Assembly: GCA_900550185.1 (NCBI GenBank)
Contig: URRN01000001.1
Coordinates: forward strand, 2,602-66,601
DNA from: an uncultured Collinsella sp.
Lineage (GTDB): Bacteria > Actinomycetota > Coriobacteriia > Coriobacteriales > Coriobacteriaceae
Length of the DNA stretch: 64,000 bases
Direction of reading: 5' to 3'
Part shown: positions 29,236 to 39,574 of the stretch, piece after piece
How positions within the stretch are numbered: the first letter of the stretch is position 1
How the letters are laid out: the number at the start of each line of letters is the position of its first letter
Made by a program: the position numbers and the translations under genes
The notes under the pieces: generated by a model
The model's input: only the letters and a program-made list of their open reading frames with translations
Database searches by the model: none
What the model was told of the DNA's origin: nothing

Positions 29236-30993
29236 ATGCTATCTAGGAGCTTTGATTTTATGGCAACCGAGGCAGCTACCCTGCAAAACGTGACGCGCTC
29301 GTTCCTCTGGCATTCAATTATGTTGTTTATAGGGGCGGCTGGTCTGTATTGTGTGGCGCCAAGTATTTATACGGGCCTTTCTGGCACCGTTCTTATCGGT
29401 CTGCATCTGTTTTCGGGCTTCTGTGTGGGCCTCATCTCTCGCCCTGTGAGACCGGGTATTTCCAAAAGGCTTTTTGGACTTATGCTCGTAGACATTGCAC
29501 TTCTTGTGATGTACACGATATCTCTTAATGTCTTTCATCAATTTCATGTTGTGGTTTCGGCGCTCGCGTTCATTTTGTTGTTACTAGCCCCCTTGCTTGT
29601 CGCTTGCTGTTCTTGGGTGCTTGGCGGTGAATTCGCAAACATACGTGCGGGATTAAAGGGGAAACATGTGGCCGATGGCTCTGCTCTCCACGGGTATCCT
29701 GAGCTCGCACTTTACAGCCCCGTTGTGCTCTTGATTGCTTTGCTTGTTGGCCTTCAGTTTCTTCTCGTCCCGTTGATGGACTCCATCGGTTCTTTCCTTT
29801 CCGTTAACGCCGAGATGGGGGTTGCTGCCTCGCTCGTCGAACCTCTTGCGTTTGGTAATGCCGCCGTTATTCTCGATACGGATTGTTTGTTTTCGCGCAA
29901 TATAAACATCGGGGCTGTGCTCCTGAGCTTTGGTGGGCATCAAGAGATCGTATTGCTTCTGGTTACCGTTTTGGGCAGTATCCTTGCCAGGGCCATAACG
30001 CGATTTTTCCCCGACTTAACGAGCGCTTTTTCTGCGGCCGCCAAATTAGGAGGAAAACACTCTGCAGTTGCCGATATCCTTACGGCTTCGGGTTTTTCTC
30101 AAAGGGAGTCCGCGGTTTTCTCTATGAGGATAGAGGGAAAAACGTACGAGGAGATTGCTTCTGCCTTGGACATTTCCCCGTCTACTGCCCGTACCTATTT
30201 GTCGCGGGCCTTGACTAAATCCGGATATAAAAACATTTCAGAGGCGACGGCTGGACTTCTCTTGTCAAAGGATGCGTGGCATCTTGACGCAACAAAAGGC
30301 CATGATCACCGTTCAGAATCGCTGGGGTCCTCATCGTTCAATCAGAACTGCAGGATAGTCTTCGTCTGCTTCCTGTTTATGTATGCGTCTGGAATGGGCA
30401 TCGAGGAAATCCTCGTATGCTTCGGCTTTGAGCATGATGCGATAATCCTATCGATAGCTATAGTGCTTGTGGCCCTGTGTTGCCGTGCGGCTATACGGTG
30501 GATGTCTAAAATGCACTTGTGCCTTTCGCCTGAACTCACCCTTTCTTCGGTGTCTGTGGGTGCTGGAGCAGCGTTCTGGGTTCACGATGTGGTAAGTCGA
30601 CTGTACATTTTCTTTGAGTCCGTTGGGAGCGGTGAGGCCGTTGGCGGCCTTATGCCTGCCTTACGCGTGACTGCGTTCCTTGTCGTACTTATCCTTATGG
30701 CTAATTCGCTGCTATTCTTGCGTTCGAAAGATACGGTTCGGGTGGGTGATCGACGCGATACCGTGCGTGAGGCCTTCTTGAGGCTTGGTTTCACGCCGCT
30801 TTATGCCGATATCATGACATGCGTTTTTGATGGCAATAGAACCACCGAGATTTGCGCACATCTTAACGTTGCTCGGGGAACCGTCAAAGAGGCCAAGAGC
30901 AAGAGCTATGCCTTGCTTGGAGTTCACTCGGAGCGTGAACTTAGAGATAGGGTTTTTAGTCTTATGGCAGATGTTATAGAAAATAGCAGGTAG
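29236..30993 (+). CDS. Membrane-embedded regulator with two LuxR-type HTH domains
   Basis: TM block, FSQRESAVF..GKTYEEIASALDISPSTARTYL, second TM block, FTPLYADIM..GNRTTEICAHLNVARGTVK. Confidence 0.75.
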   Translation: MLSRSFDFMATEAATLQNVTRSFLWHSIMLFIGAAGLYCVAPSIYTGLSGTVLIGLHLFSGFCVGLISRPVRPGISKRLFGLMLVDIALLVMYTISLNVFHQFHVVVSALAFILLLLAPLLVACCSWVLGGEFANIRAGLKGKHVADGSALHGYPELALYSPVVLLIALLVGLQFLLVPLMDSIGSFLSVNAEMGVAASLVEPLAFGNAAVILDTDCLFSRNINIGAVLLSFGGHQEIVLLLVTVLGSILARAITRFFPDLTSAFSAAAKLGGKHSAVADILTASGFSQRESAVFSMRIEGKTYEEIASALDISPSTARTYLSRALTKSGYKNISEATAGLLLSKDAWHLDATKGHDHRSESLGSSSFNQNCRIVFVCFLFMYASGMGIEEILVCFGFEHDAIILSIAIVLVALCCRAAIRWMSKMHLCLSPELTLSSVSVGAGAAFWVHDVVSRLYIFFESVGSGEAVGGLMPALRVTAFLVVLILMANSLLFLRSKDTVRVGDRRDTVREAFLRLGFTPLYADIMTCVFDGNRTTEICAHLNVARGTVKEAKSKSYALLGVHSERELRDRVFSLMADVIENSR

Positions 30994-31117
30994 AAGCCTG
31001 TAGACAAATAAGATTGTAAATCCATCCTACACGTCTACAGACAGTTCTGACGATGAAGGCGATACTTCCGGACAACGGGTCCGACGACTCGTGTGTTGCG
31101 AACCGGAGGTGCTTGCT

Positions 31118-33031
31118 GTGAAGACCTGTGATTGCCTCACATATGTACGGCTTAATTTAGAAGTTCTTGCGCGCAACCGGGGAATTATGTTGCTGACGGC
31201 GCTGCTCGCGCTCGTATTCTGCATCCCGGTATTTCTATCCGTTCCAACGGGAGCAGATTATCTATATGGTAGAGCTTCCATCGAAGACCAGAGAGCCCTT
31301 TTGGTCTCTCAAGTCTCTGACGGCGTTTATGACACTGCCCCACAGGAGCTCAACAGCATCATTGCCGACGAAAGGGCGTGCCTTGATCGGGCGCTTGAAA
31401 GCAAGGCGGACTCCAGAGAGTATTACGATGCGATTGCCGATTACGACAATCTATTGCTCAAGGAATACCGACTCGGTTATTTGAATGGTGTTGATTCGGA
31501 GTTATCGCTTGAAGCCCAAGAACGTCTTCCCCGAGCCATATCGATGCTGGCCCATCCGGAATCGTACGACTCAACAACAAAAATGCCCGGGATGATCCTT
31601 CTCGCATATTATTGCGGCGCTGTTCCTGCAATAGCGTGGCTTTTGGTCCCGGTCCTCGTCCTCTATATGTCGCTTGAGGGGGATGGAAAGCGGTTCTACG
31701 ATCGAGCGTTGTTGTCAAAGTTAGAGATGAATGCATGCCGCGTTCTCGTCTCTGGTATTGCATCGATGCTGGTTTTGGTTCTGGCGTTGGCTCCCTGTTT
31801 TGTATTGGCAACGGTGTTTAACGGTGTAGGTCAGACAGAGTACCCAGTCGTATTCATTCAGTATGGTGACGTAGTCGAAAGAACTGTGTTAGTTCAGCTA
31901 GGGCTATTTGCCGTCTTTGAAGCTGTGCTGTCGATGATGTTTGCTTGCTTGGGCGTGTGCGTGTACGCCGGAAGCAGAAACAGGGCCATTTCGTCCATGG
32001 TGATCGCTCTTGTGGGGGGCATAAGCCAGCTTCCGTTTTATGCGAGCAAAGATGCTCCATGGCATGCGTTGCTGCCGTATATGGTGTCGAGCTATTCTGC
32101 CTCTTCGTTTGCGCTCGGCGGCGCATCTTACGCCAATGGAGCGGAGGTATCTCTCGTTCCTGAAGCCAGTGCATCGCACTGCCTCTTTGCCGTGATGGGC
32201 GCGTTTGCTGTTTGCGCGTTGGGGGTCATTTCGTTTTCGCGTCTAAAAAGCAAGAATCGCTGGGCCTGGAACCATATTCGCCCGGATAGTTTGGGCGAGA
32301 AAAGCTTGCTCTCTCTGTCGCTGGATGCGTTGACGGTTGGAAAAAACCAGCTGGTAAAGGGATTGCAGTTTGATATGCCCGCTGGCCAGATATGGGGTCT
32401 TGTCGCGCCAAATGGACATGGCAAGACTACGCTACTGAATACTCTTTGGGGAGATGCTGGGCCATCAGTGCGCGTGTCAGGTTCTCTCTGTTTTCATGCA
32501 AAAGTATGCGTCGACCGTGAGGAAATGAGAAAGGTATTCTTTTTGGTTCCGAATAGGCCGTCGCTATTGATTCCATACATGACCGTCGCTTTTCATCTCG
32601 ACCGATGCAGGAGAATTTGGCATTCACCTCGCACTTTGGACCAAGTGCTTGATCGCTTTGACTTGACTGGGTTGAAGAATACGCCCGTATCTAGGCTGTC
32701 TGATGGAAATAGACAATTACTTAATGTCGCGATGGCGTATATGTCCTATTGCGAAGTCGTCCTTTTGGATGAGCCCATGAATGCACTTGATGTGAGACAC
32801 GTTGCGATTGTTTCGAATGCTCTTAGAGATGAAGCGGGTAGAGGAGCACATGTCATTATCTCTTCTCATCTTATCGGAAACCTCGAATCGCTCTGCGATG
32901 CCTCCGTATTGCTCACAGGGGATGACTCGCGTGTCGTTACCAGAGAAATGGGAGGTGATTCGAAGTGGATCGGTAATGTATACGCGCAGCTTTTCAAGAC
33001 GAACGACAGTAAAACTAGGAAAGGAAGATAA
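31118..33031 (+). CDS. ABC-2-type permease fused to ABC ATPase
   Basis: N-terminal TM segments with large loop; APNGHGKTT, LSDGN, LLDEP, ISSH; GTG after GGAGGT. Confidence 0.82.
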   Translation: MKTCDCLTYVRLNLEVLARNRGIMLLTALLALVFCIPVFLSVPTGADYLYGRASIEDQRALLVSQVSDGVYDTAPQELNSIIADERACLDRALESKADSREYYDAIADYDNLLLKEYRLGYLNGVDSELSLEAQERLPRAISMLAHPESYDSTTKMPGMILLAYYCGAVPAIAWLLVPVLVLYMSLEGDGKRFYDRALLSKLEMNACRVLVSGIASMLVLVLALAPCFVLATVFNGVGQTEYPVVFIQYGDVVERTVLVQLGLFAVFEAVLSMMFACLGVCVYAGSRNRAISSMVIALVGGISQLPFYASKDAPWHALLPYMVSSYSASSFALGGASYANGAEVSLVPEASASHCLFAVMGAFAVCALGVISFSRLKSKNRWAWNHIRPDSLGEKSLLSLSLDALTVGKNQLVKGLQFDMPAGQIWGLVAPNGHGKTTLLNTLWGDAGPSVRVSGSLCFHAKVCVDREEMRKVFFLVPNRPSLLIPYMTVAFHLDRCRRIWHSPRTLDQVLDRFDLTGLKNTPVSRLSDGNRQLLNVAMAYMSYCEVVLLDEPMNALDVRHVAIVSNALRDEAGRGAHVIISSHLIGNLESLCDASVLLTGDDSRVVTREMGGDSKWIGNVYAQLFKTNDSKTRKGR

Positions 33032-33033
33032 CC

Positions 33034-33387
33034 ATGAAACGCCATGTAACGAAGAACTTTGTGAAGGCAATGTTCGCATGTTTTATGCTTACCCTGTCGA
33101 TGGTCACAATTCCCGTTTGTGCGACGGCGAAACCAGATGCAGGTTCTGTCGCGCCTTGTCGTCTTGTGACAGCGGACGTCTTGGACACTTACAAGTCGTT
33201 CTCCACTGCGAACCACCCGAGCGAGAATGTTGATTGTTTCGACCAGACATACAAGAGGCTGTCTTTCAAAACTTCGTATTCTCGTACGGGGCAAACGATT
33301 CTCTATACGGGTGCCGCGTTAAGCCCACGCGGCAACGGGATGCCCGGGTTTGAGACAAAATATCAGTGCACATATCGTACCTGGTAG
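33034..33387 (+). CDS. Small secreted protein of unknown function
   Basis: RBS AGGAAG; basic N-region, hydrophobic core and ATA cleavage-like site; 2 bp after ABC gene. Confidence 0.72.
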   Translation: MKRHVTKNFVKAMFACFMLTLSMVTIPVCATAKPDAGSVAPCRLVTADVLDTYKSFSTANHPSENVDCFDQTYKRLSFKTSYSRTGQTILYTGAALSPRGNGMPGFETKYQCTYRTW

Positions 33388-33458
33388 ACAACTCTAGGAT
33401 CGGATCTCTCCGAATAACTTTGTGGCGGACTTGTTTAACGCTACCGCTCCTTCGTTTA

Positions 33459-33594
33459 TCTCAATCTGTAACATCTGACTGGCAAAAACGCTTCTACCTG
33501 TTACAGATTGAGATTATTCGACGCGCGTTCTGTAACTCGTCTCGATCTGTAACAGTAAGACGGCGATTTGGTCTCCATATGTTACAGATTGAGA
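33459..33594. repeat. Four-box inverted-repeat array, copy 2
   Basis: Boxes at 33459, 33499, 33540 and 33580; spacers 25/26/25. Confidence 0.85.
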
Positions 33595-33609
33595 CGAAAG
33601 AAAGCGTGA

Positions 33610-33740
33610 GCTAGAAAACCGCCGCGAGGGAAAGTAGCTCCCTCGCGGCGGTTGGCGTTTACCCAGATAAAACCTGCCAAAATAAACCTGTCCCTTTTTG
33701 GCAGGTTATCGCTTCCAAAAGTGGAGGATGAGCGTCGTGC
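33610..33740. repeat. 131 bp direct repeat, right copy
   Basis: Offset of 4581 bp from 29029-29159; overlaps aguR stop codon. Confidence 0.92.
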
Positions 33741-34671
33741 GGTTTTGCTGTTCGGTTTTGACCAGGATGTTGTGGATGTGGGTCTTGACGGTGCCCACGG
33801 CAAGGAATAGCTCGTCAGCGATCTCTTGGTTCGATTTGCCCAGTACGACCAGACGCATAACTTCGGTCTCACGGTTGGAGAGCTTGTAGGCGTTGCGATA
33901 GAAGGGCATCTGCTCTTCGATGTGTCGATCAAGATCGCTGACGTTCTTTTCCTCGGGCGCCTCCTGCATGCGGATTGAAAGCACGTGGTAGGAGTAGATG
34001 ATCAGCAGAATCGCAAAGTAGCAGGCAAAGACGTTTTCGCTAAAGTTGCGCTCGGACAGATATAGTTGCAGCCAAGAGGGCGCCAGACTCATGGGGACAA
34101 TCAGAATGTTGTAGAAATCCTCGGCAACGATGCAACCGACCAGAATAGCGCCGATAATCAGGTGCTTTCGTTGGTTGTTAACGCGTGCCTTCAGCTCGAC
34201 TTGTGTGCTCTTGCGTGCCGTCCAAAAGATATATAGCCCCACGAAAACAAGGAATACCTGACGCATCGTGTAGTAGAGCCATTGATGAATGGGGCCGTAG
34301 GGGACAGCGACGATAATCAGCAGCTCGCTCAGCAAGAACGTTGCGACGGGAATGACAAACTGCTTTTTTGAATGCTTGTCGAGCAAATCCATGGCAATGA
34401 GCCAAATAAAAGCCTGCGAAGCGGTCGCCACAAAGGTCCGCAACACAGGCATGGTAATTGAGTAATAGTCGCTGGCTGGAAAACTCTGGTTTTGCAGCGT
34501 GTATTCAAAAAAGAAAATCTCGGTCATCTCGATGGCATAGCAGATAAATACGCCGCTGCCATAGATAAAGAAGCGTCGACGAGATGAGGCATAGGCGGCA
34601 AGCGAGAGCACCGCCGTCACAATACAGATCACGAGTATCGCTAGGGTATAGAAGAACATCAGGGTGTTCAT
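33706..34671 (-). CDS. aguR: Transmembrane LuxR-family regulator of the agmatine deiminase operon (AguR-like)
   Basis: About 7 TM segments plus LSNRETEVMRLVVLGKSNQEIADELFLAVGTVKTH; divergent from aguB. Confidence 0.8.
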   Translation of the reverse strand: MNTLMFFYTLAILVICIVTAVLSLAAYASSRRRFFIYGSGVFICYAIEMTEIFFFEYTLQNQSFPASDYYSITMPVLRTFVATASQAFIWLIAMDLLDKHSKKQFVIPVATFLLSELLIIVAVPYGPIHQWLYYTMRQVFLVFVGLYIFWTARKSTQVELKARVNNQRKHLIIGAILVGCIVAEDFYNILIVPMSLAPSWLQLYLSERNFSENVFACYFAILLIIYSYHVLSIRMQEAPEEKNVSDLDRHIEEQMPFYRNAYKLSNRETEVMRLVVLGKSNQEIADELFLAVGTVKTHIHNILVKTEQQNRTTLILHFWKR

Positions 34672-35001
34672 CTGTCACCGTCCCATCTCATTTATTCTAT
34701 GGCCGAGTTCTGTATACCTTGTGGGATATAGACGTCTCAACCCTTCGTTTCATTGTGGATTAGGCGCCGAGATACAGCATAGCCGTATACCGTTCGCGGT
34801 TCTAGATGGTAAACCCCCTGTAAACTCTTGACCTGCGGGTTTATATTGGTTTAGAGGGGGTGTAACTCCGTGAACGGTCTTTAATCCCGAATAAACTAGG
34901 TAAAAATTGCATACGGGTGAATGATGGTCTTGTCAACACGAGGCGTGATGTTCGAGCGCCTCATAGTAATAGTCGGCAAGACCGGCGGAAAGGAAATCGA
35001 C

Positions 35002-36075
35002 ATGGCACTGCCTAAGGATTTCATCGACACCAACGACTTCACCAAAGAGCAGATCCTGGCTATCGAGGATCTTGGCCTGGCAATGAAGAAGGCCATCAAG
35101 GTTGACGGTTATTATCCGCACCTGCTCCGCAACAAGAGCCTTGGCATGATCTTCCAGCAGGTCTCCACCCGCACTCGTCTTTCCTTCGAGACCGCTATGA
35201 CCGACCTCGGCGGCCATGCTCAGTTCTATGGCCCTGGCACCATCCAGCTCGGCGGTCACGAGTCCCTGGGCGATACCGCTCGCGTTATGGGCTCGCTGCT
35301 CGACATCATGATGGCTCGCGTTGACCGTCACAAGGACGTCGTCGGCCTCGCCGAGGGCTCTGCTGTGCCCGTCATCAACGGCATGTCCGAGTTCAACCAC
35401 CCCACGCAGGAGATGGGCGACCTCATGACCATGCTCGAGAACCTCCCCGAGGGCAAGAATATCGAGGACTGCACCCTGGCCTTCATCGGCGACGCCACCC
35501 AGGTCTGCGTCTCCCTCATGTTCATCGCCTCCAAGGTCGGCATGAAGTTCGTCCAGTTTGGACCTAAGGGCCACCAGATCCCCGACGGCGGCCTGCACGT
35601 TGGCACCGTCGAGGAGCGCGCCGAGTTCGGCAAGCAGATGATGGCCATCGCCGAGGAGAACTGCAAGGTCTCCGGCGGCTCTGTCGTCATCTCCGACGAC
35701 ATCGAGTGCATCAAGGGCGCCGACTTCATCTACACCGACGTGTGGTATGGCCTGTACGACGAGGAGGTCTCGGGCGAGAACTACATGGACGTGTTCTATC
35801 CCAAGTATCAGGTCACCATGGACATGATGAACTTCGCCGGCCCCAACTCCAAGTTTATGCACTGCCTGCCGGCCACCCGCAACGAGGAGGTCGTCGACGA
35901 GGTCATGGACGATCCCGAGCGCTCCCTGTGCTGGGTCGAGGCCGAGAACCGCAAGCACTCCATCCGTGCTCTCCTTGCCGCCCTGGGCAAGCGCACCCCG
36001 CTCAACGACGAGGGTGTCGAGTACTCCGCCAAGGCTGAGCTCCACGCCGCTCTCGAGGCTCTCGAGCAGCTCTAA
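35002..36075 (+). CDS. aguB: Putrescine carbamoyltransferase
   Basis: [45 protein letters not shown]. Confidence 0.92.
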   Translation: MALPKDFIDTNDFTKEQILAIEDLGLAMKKAIKVDGYYPHLLRNKSLGMIFQQVSTRTRLSFETAMTDLGGHAQFYGPGTIQLGGHESLGDTARVMGSLLDIMMARVDRHKDVVGLAEGSAVPVINGMSEFNHPTQEMGDLMTMLENLPEGKNIEDCTLAFIGDATQVCVSLMFIASKVGMKFVQFGPKGHQIPDGGLHVGTVEERAEFGKQMMAIAEENCKVSGGSVVISDDIECIKGADFIYTDVWYGLYDEEVSGENYMDVFYPKYQVTMDMMNFAGPNSKFMHCLPATRNEEVVDEVMDDPERSLCWVEAENRKHSIRALLAALGKRTPLNDEGVEYSAKAELHAALEALEQL

Positions 36076-36208
36076 GCCTCAAGGCTTCTAAAAGCACGTT
36101 TGCGGGTGGCGGATGCTCGTCTCCTGTCGCCCGCTCACCGAGGCCCAAGCAATTGCCTTAATACCTTAGGGCCTCGGATCTGTCCAAGACTGAGCGAAGG
36201 AGCTCATC

Positions 36209-37648
36209 ATGAGCGACGGAAAGAAAAAGCTTTCCTTCTTGACGGTCATTTCGACCATCATCTGCGTCGTCTTCGTTTGCGAGGCCGCCGCTCCTGCTGC
36301 TGCCATTGGCAACCAGCAGTTCTTCTGGTGGATCTTCCTGATCCTGACCTTCCTGCTTCCCTACGGCATGGTTGTCGCCGAGCTCGGTACCACCTATGAC
36401 GGCGAGGGCGGCATTTACGACTGGGTACGCGATGGCCTGGGCGACAAATGGGGCGCCCGCATCTCGTACTACTACTGGGTCAACTACCCGCTGTGGATCG
36501 CCTCGCTGGCTACGATGTTCCCCGACATTTTGGGCATGGTCTTTGGCGTCGAGTTCAACTTGATCGCCAAGATGGGTATCGATCTTGCCTTTGTGTGGAT
36601 CGTCTACCTCATGGGCCGCTCCAAGGCGGCCGACTCCGAGTGGGTCCTTAACGGTGGCGCCATCATCAAGGTCGCCGTCGCCGTTATCGTTGGCGCTTTG
36701 GGCATTTGGTATGCCATGGAGAACGGTTTTGCGAACGACATGTCCGCTGCCACCTTCCTGCCCGAGCTCACCAACACCAACGCTCTCGGCTACCTGTCGA
36801 TCATCATCTTTAACTTCATGGGCTTCGAGGTCATCTGCACCATGACCGACGACATGGCCGATCCCGCTCGCGATATCCCCAAGGCTATCATCGTCGGTGG
36901 CCTGTCCATCGCCGTGATCTACCTGTTCGCTGGCTTTGGCATCGGCGCTGCTGTGCCGGCCGATTCCATCGACCCCGACTATGGCATGATTGTCGCAGTC
37001 CAGACCATGGTGGGCGACTCCATGATCTTCAAGGTCATCTGCATCGCCTTCCTGATCACCCTGTTCGCCAACATGGCCGCCTGGTCCTTCGGCGTCAACT
37101 CCGTCGCCCGCTATGCTGCCGAGCACGGCAACATGCCCAAGGTCTTCGCCTCGATGATCTCGGATGACGACATGCCCAACGGCGCCAACCTGGTCAACGC
37201 CATCGTTGCCTCCCTGGTGCTGTGCCTGCAGCTCGTGCCCATCGACGCCATCTCCAACGGTGTCTTCTGGATGCTCTTCGGCACCTCCGTCGTCTTCCTG
37301 CTGCTGACCTACATCCCGATGTTCCCGGCGTTCCTCAACCTTCGCAAGAACGACCCCGACCGCGAGCGTATCTTCACGTTCCCGTTTAAGGGCGCCATGA
37401 TGAAGGTCATGCTGGCCATCCCTTGCATCGAGCTGATCCTGGCCATCGTTGCAACGCTGATTCCGTTCTCTGTCGATGAGATTGGCGATAAGGTCCCGAT
37501 GATCGTTATCTTCATCGTGCTTTTGCTTATTGGCGAGGTTGTCCGCGTCGTCAGTGCTAAGGGTCGCGAGACCGAGTACAAGGGTCTCACCCCCGAGCTG
37601 GCTGCTCAGCGTCTCGCTGAGGAGGCCGCCGAGGCCGAAGAGGACTAG
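36209..37648 (+). CDS. aguD: Agmatine/putrescine antiporter (APC family)
   Basis: ICVVFVCEAAAPAAAIGN, AELGTTY..EGGIYDWV, GFEV; operon context. Confidence 0.88.
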   Translation: MSDGKKKLSFLTVISTIICVVFVCEAAAPAAAIGNQQFFWWIFLILTFLLPYGMVVAELGTTYDGEGGIYDWVRDGLGDKWGARISYYYWVNYPLWIASLATMFPDILGMVFGVEFNLIAKMGIDLAFVWIVYLMGRSKAADSEWVLNGGAIIKVAVAVIVGALGIWYAMENGFANDMSAATFLPELTNTNALGYLSIIIFNFMGFEVICTMTDDMADPARDIPKAIIVGGLSIAVIYLFAGFGIGAAVPADSIDPDYGMIVAVQTMVGDSMIFKVICIAFLITLFANMAAWSFGVNSVARYAAEHGNMPKVFASMISDDDMPNGANLVNAIVASLVLCLQLVPIDAISNGVFWMLFGTSVVFLLLTYIPMFPAFLNLRKNDPDRERIFTFPFKGAMMKVMLAIPCIELILAIVATLIPFSVDEIGDKVPMIVIFIVLLLIGEVVRVVSAKGRETEYKGLTPELAAQRLAEEAAEAEED

Positions 37649-37933
37649 AGCACCCGGATTCGGGGCTCCAACCCTCCTCGCTACTTGACCATTCCCCGGG
37701 GTGGGTGTGAACGATAGCTCTGGTAACCACCGCCCGCCCCAATCTCTCTTCCGTATCCTTCGTGCGTTTTGTCTCCGCGCGCCAGGTTACGTCGTCGCTT
37801 GCCGGTGCGACTCCGTGAAAACCGGCGCCGGGCGCCCCGACCTTTGCCGGGGAACGGGCGTCCGCCACCTCTTGGTTTTAGGCTGCGGGTAACCCGCCTG
37901 CAGCAAGCGATCGTTCGATTTGGAGGAAATCTT

Positions 37934-39139
37934 ATGCGTACGATCACCGAGTCCGAGTCCACCCCTAAGGCCGACGGCTACTTTATGCCTGCTGAGTTCG
38001 CTCCGCAGGATCGCGTGTGGATGGGCTGGCCCCATCGCACCGATACCTGGGCCCATGGCGCCAAGCCGGCTCAGAAGCAATATGCCGCCATCGCTCGCGC
38101 TATTGCCGAGTTCACTCCGGTTACCATATGCGTCAATCAGGCCGACTACGCTAACTGCAAGGCCGTCTTTGAGGAAGACGAGAACGTTACCGTTATCGAG
38201 ATGACCACCGACGACGCTTGGTTCCGCGACACCGCTGCCACTTTTGTTATCAATGGCAAGGGCGATAAGCGCGCCAACCACTGGCACTTCAACGCCTACG
38301 GCGGCCTCGTCGACGGCCTCTATTTCCCGTGGGACAAGGACGAGCAGATCGCCCTTAAGATAGCTGAGCTCTCCGGCTGCCGTCGCTATCGTCCCGATGA
38401 CATGATCCTCGAGGGCGGTTCCATCACCGTCGACGGCGAGGGCACCGTGGTCGTGACCGACCAGTGCCTGCTTTCCCCGGGCCGCACCTGCTCTGCGGTT
38501 CTGGAGGAGGAAGAGGATTCCGAGTCCATCTGGCCCAAGTTCAAGAGGAAGTTCGAGCCCTGGAGCGAGGAACTTCGCGCCTATATGGACGAGCACCTCA
38601 AGGATTACCTGGGTGTCGAGAAGGTCATCTGGGTCAAGGAGGGCATCGACCCCGAGGAGACCAACGGTCACATCGATGATGTCGCCACATTCATCGCTCC
38701 GGGCGTCATGGCCTGCATCTGGACTGACGATCCCGAGTATCCGTTCTACGAGCAGTGCCACGCCATCTACGAGACCCTCTCCAACGCCGTTGACGCCAAG
38801 GGCCGCAAGATGAAGGTCTACAAGCTCTGCATGCCCGTGAACCCGCTGTTCATGGACCAGACTTCCTGCGACACCATCGACGCCGACGAGAACGCCGAGC
38901 CGCGCGTCGCCGATGAGCCGCTGATCGCCTCCTACATGAACTACCTGGTCACCAACCACGGCGTTATCGTCCCGCAGTACGGCGACGAGAACGACCAGCT
39001 TGCCGTTGACACGCTCCAGAAGATCTACGACGAGGTCTGGGGCGAGGGCGTCTACAAGTGCGTCGGCGTTCAGTCCGAGCAGGTCGTCTTCGGCGGCGGA
39101 AATATCCACTGCATTACTCAGCAGGAACCGTCCGCTTAA
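37934..39139 (+). CDS. aguA: Agmatine deiminase
   Basis: MPAEF, DAWFRD, LEGGSI, TNGHID, GGGNIHCITQQEP. Confidence 0.95.
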   Translation: MRTITESESTPKADGYFMPAEFAPQDRVWMGWPHRTDTWAHGAKPAQKQYAAIARAIAEFTPVTICVNQADYANCKAVFEEDENVTVIEMTTDDAWFRDTAATFVINGKGDKRANHWHFNAYGGLVDGLYFPWDKDEQIALKIAELSGCRRYRPDDMILEGGSITVDGEGTVVVTDQCLLSPGRTCSAVLEEEEDSESIWPKFKRKFEPWSEELRAYMDEHLKDYLGVEKVIWVKEGIDPEETNGHIDDVATFIAPGVMACIWTDDPEYPFYEQCHAIYETLSNAVDAKGRKMKVYKLCMPVNPLFMDQTSCDTIDADENAEPRVADEPLIASYMNYLVTNHGVIVPQYGDENDQLAVDTLQKIYDEVWGEGVYKCVGVQSEQVVFGGGNIHCITQQEPSA

Positions 39140-39252
39140 TCGTCTGGCTTTCCGAGGCACCCCATCTCGCCGCTCAAACCGTCGCTCGCGTACCAAAGTA
39201 CGCTTCGCTCCTCTTTCGCGGCGACCTGGGGCACCTCGAAAACCCAGCCGAT
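39139..39252 (+). repeat. Multi-stem hairpin downstream of aguA
   Basis: Nested stems with central GCGTAC-CAAA-GTACGC. Confidence 0.55.
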
Positions 39253-39574
39253 CAATCGGACAGGGGTTACCTGATTGATTGGCTGAATATTGGTGACGCT
39301 GTTCGACAATCCTGGTGTTGGTGCAAGGGGGACAGGTTACTTTGCACCAAAACAGTGACGCGCACCTTTGTGGCGGTTTGACTATCTTCGGGTTTGGGCC
39401 ATGACAACGCCGCAGTTAGAGGACGGACAGCGAGCGGGCCGCATTTGAGGCAAGGTGACGCGAAACGAAAGGGCGCTGACCTTCTGGTCGCGCCCTTGAA
39501 GTTGAACGTCAGATTGTCCAAATGCGGCCCGCGCAGCGTCGGCCCGTTACGGCGTTTGGTAAAACGCCGTAACT

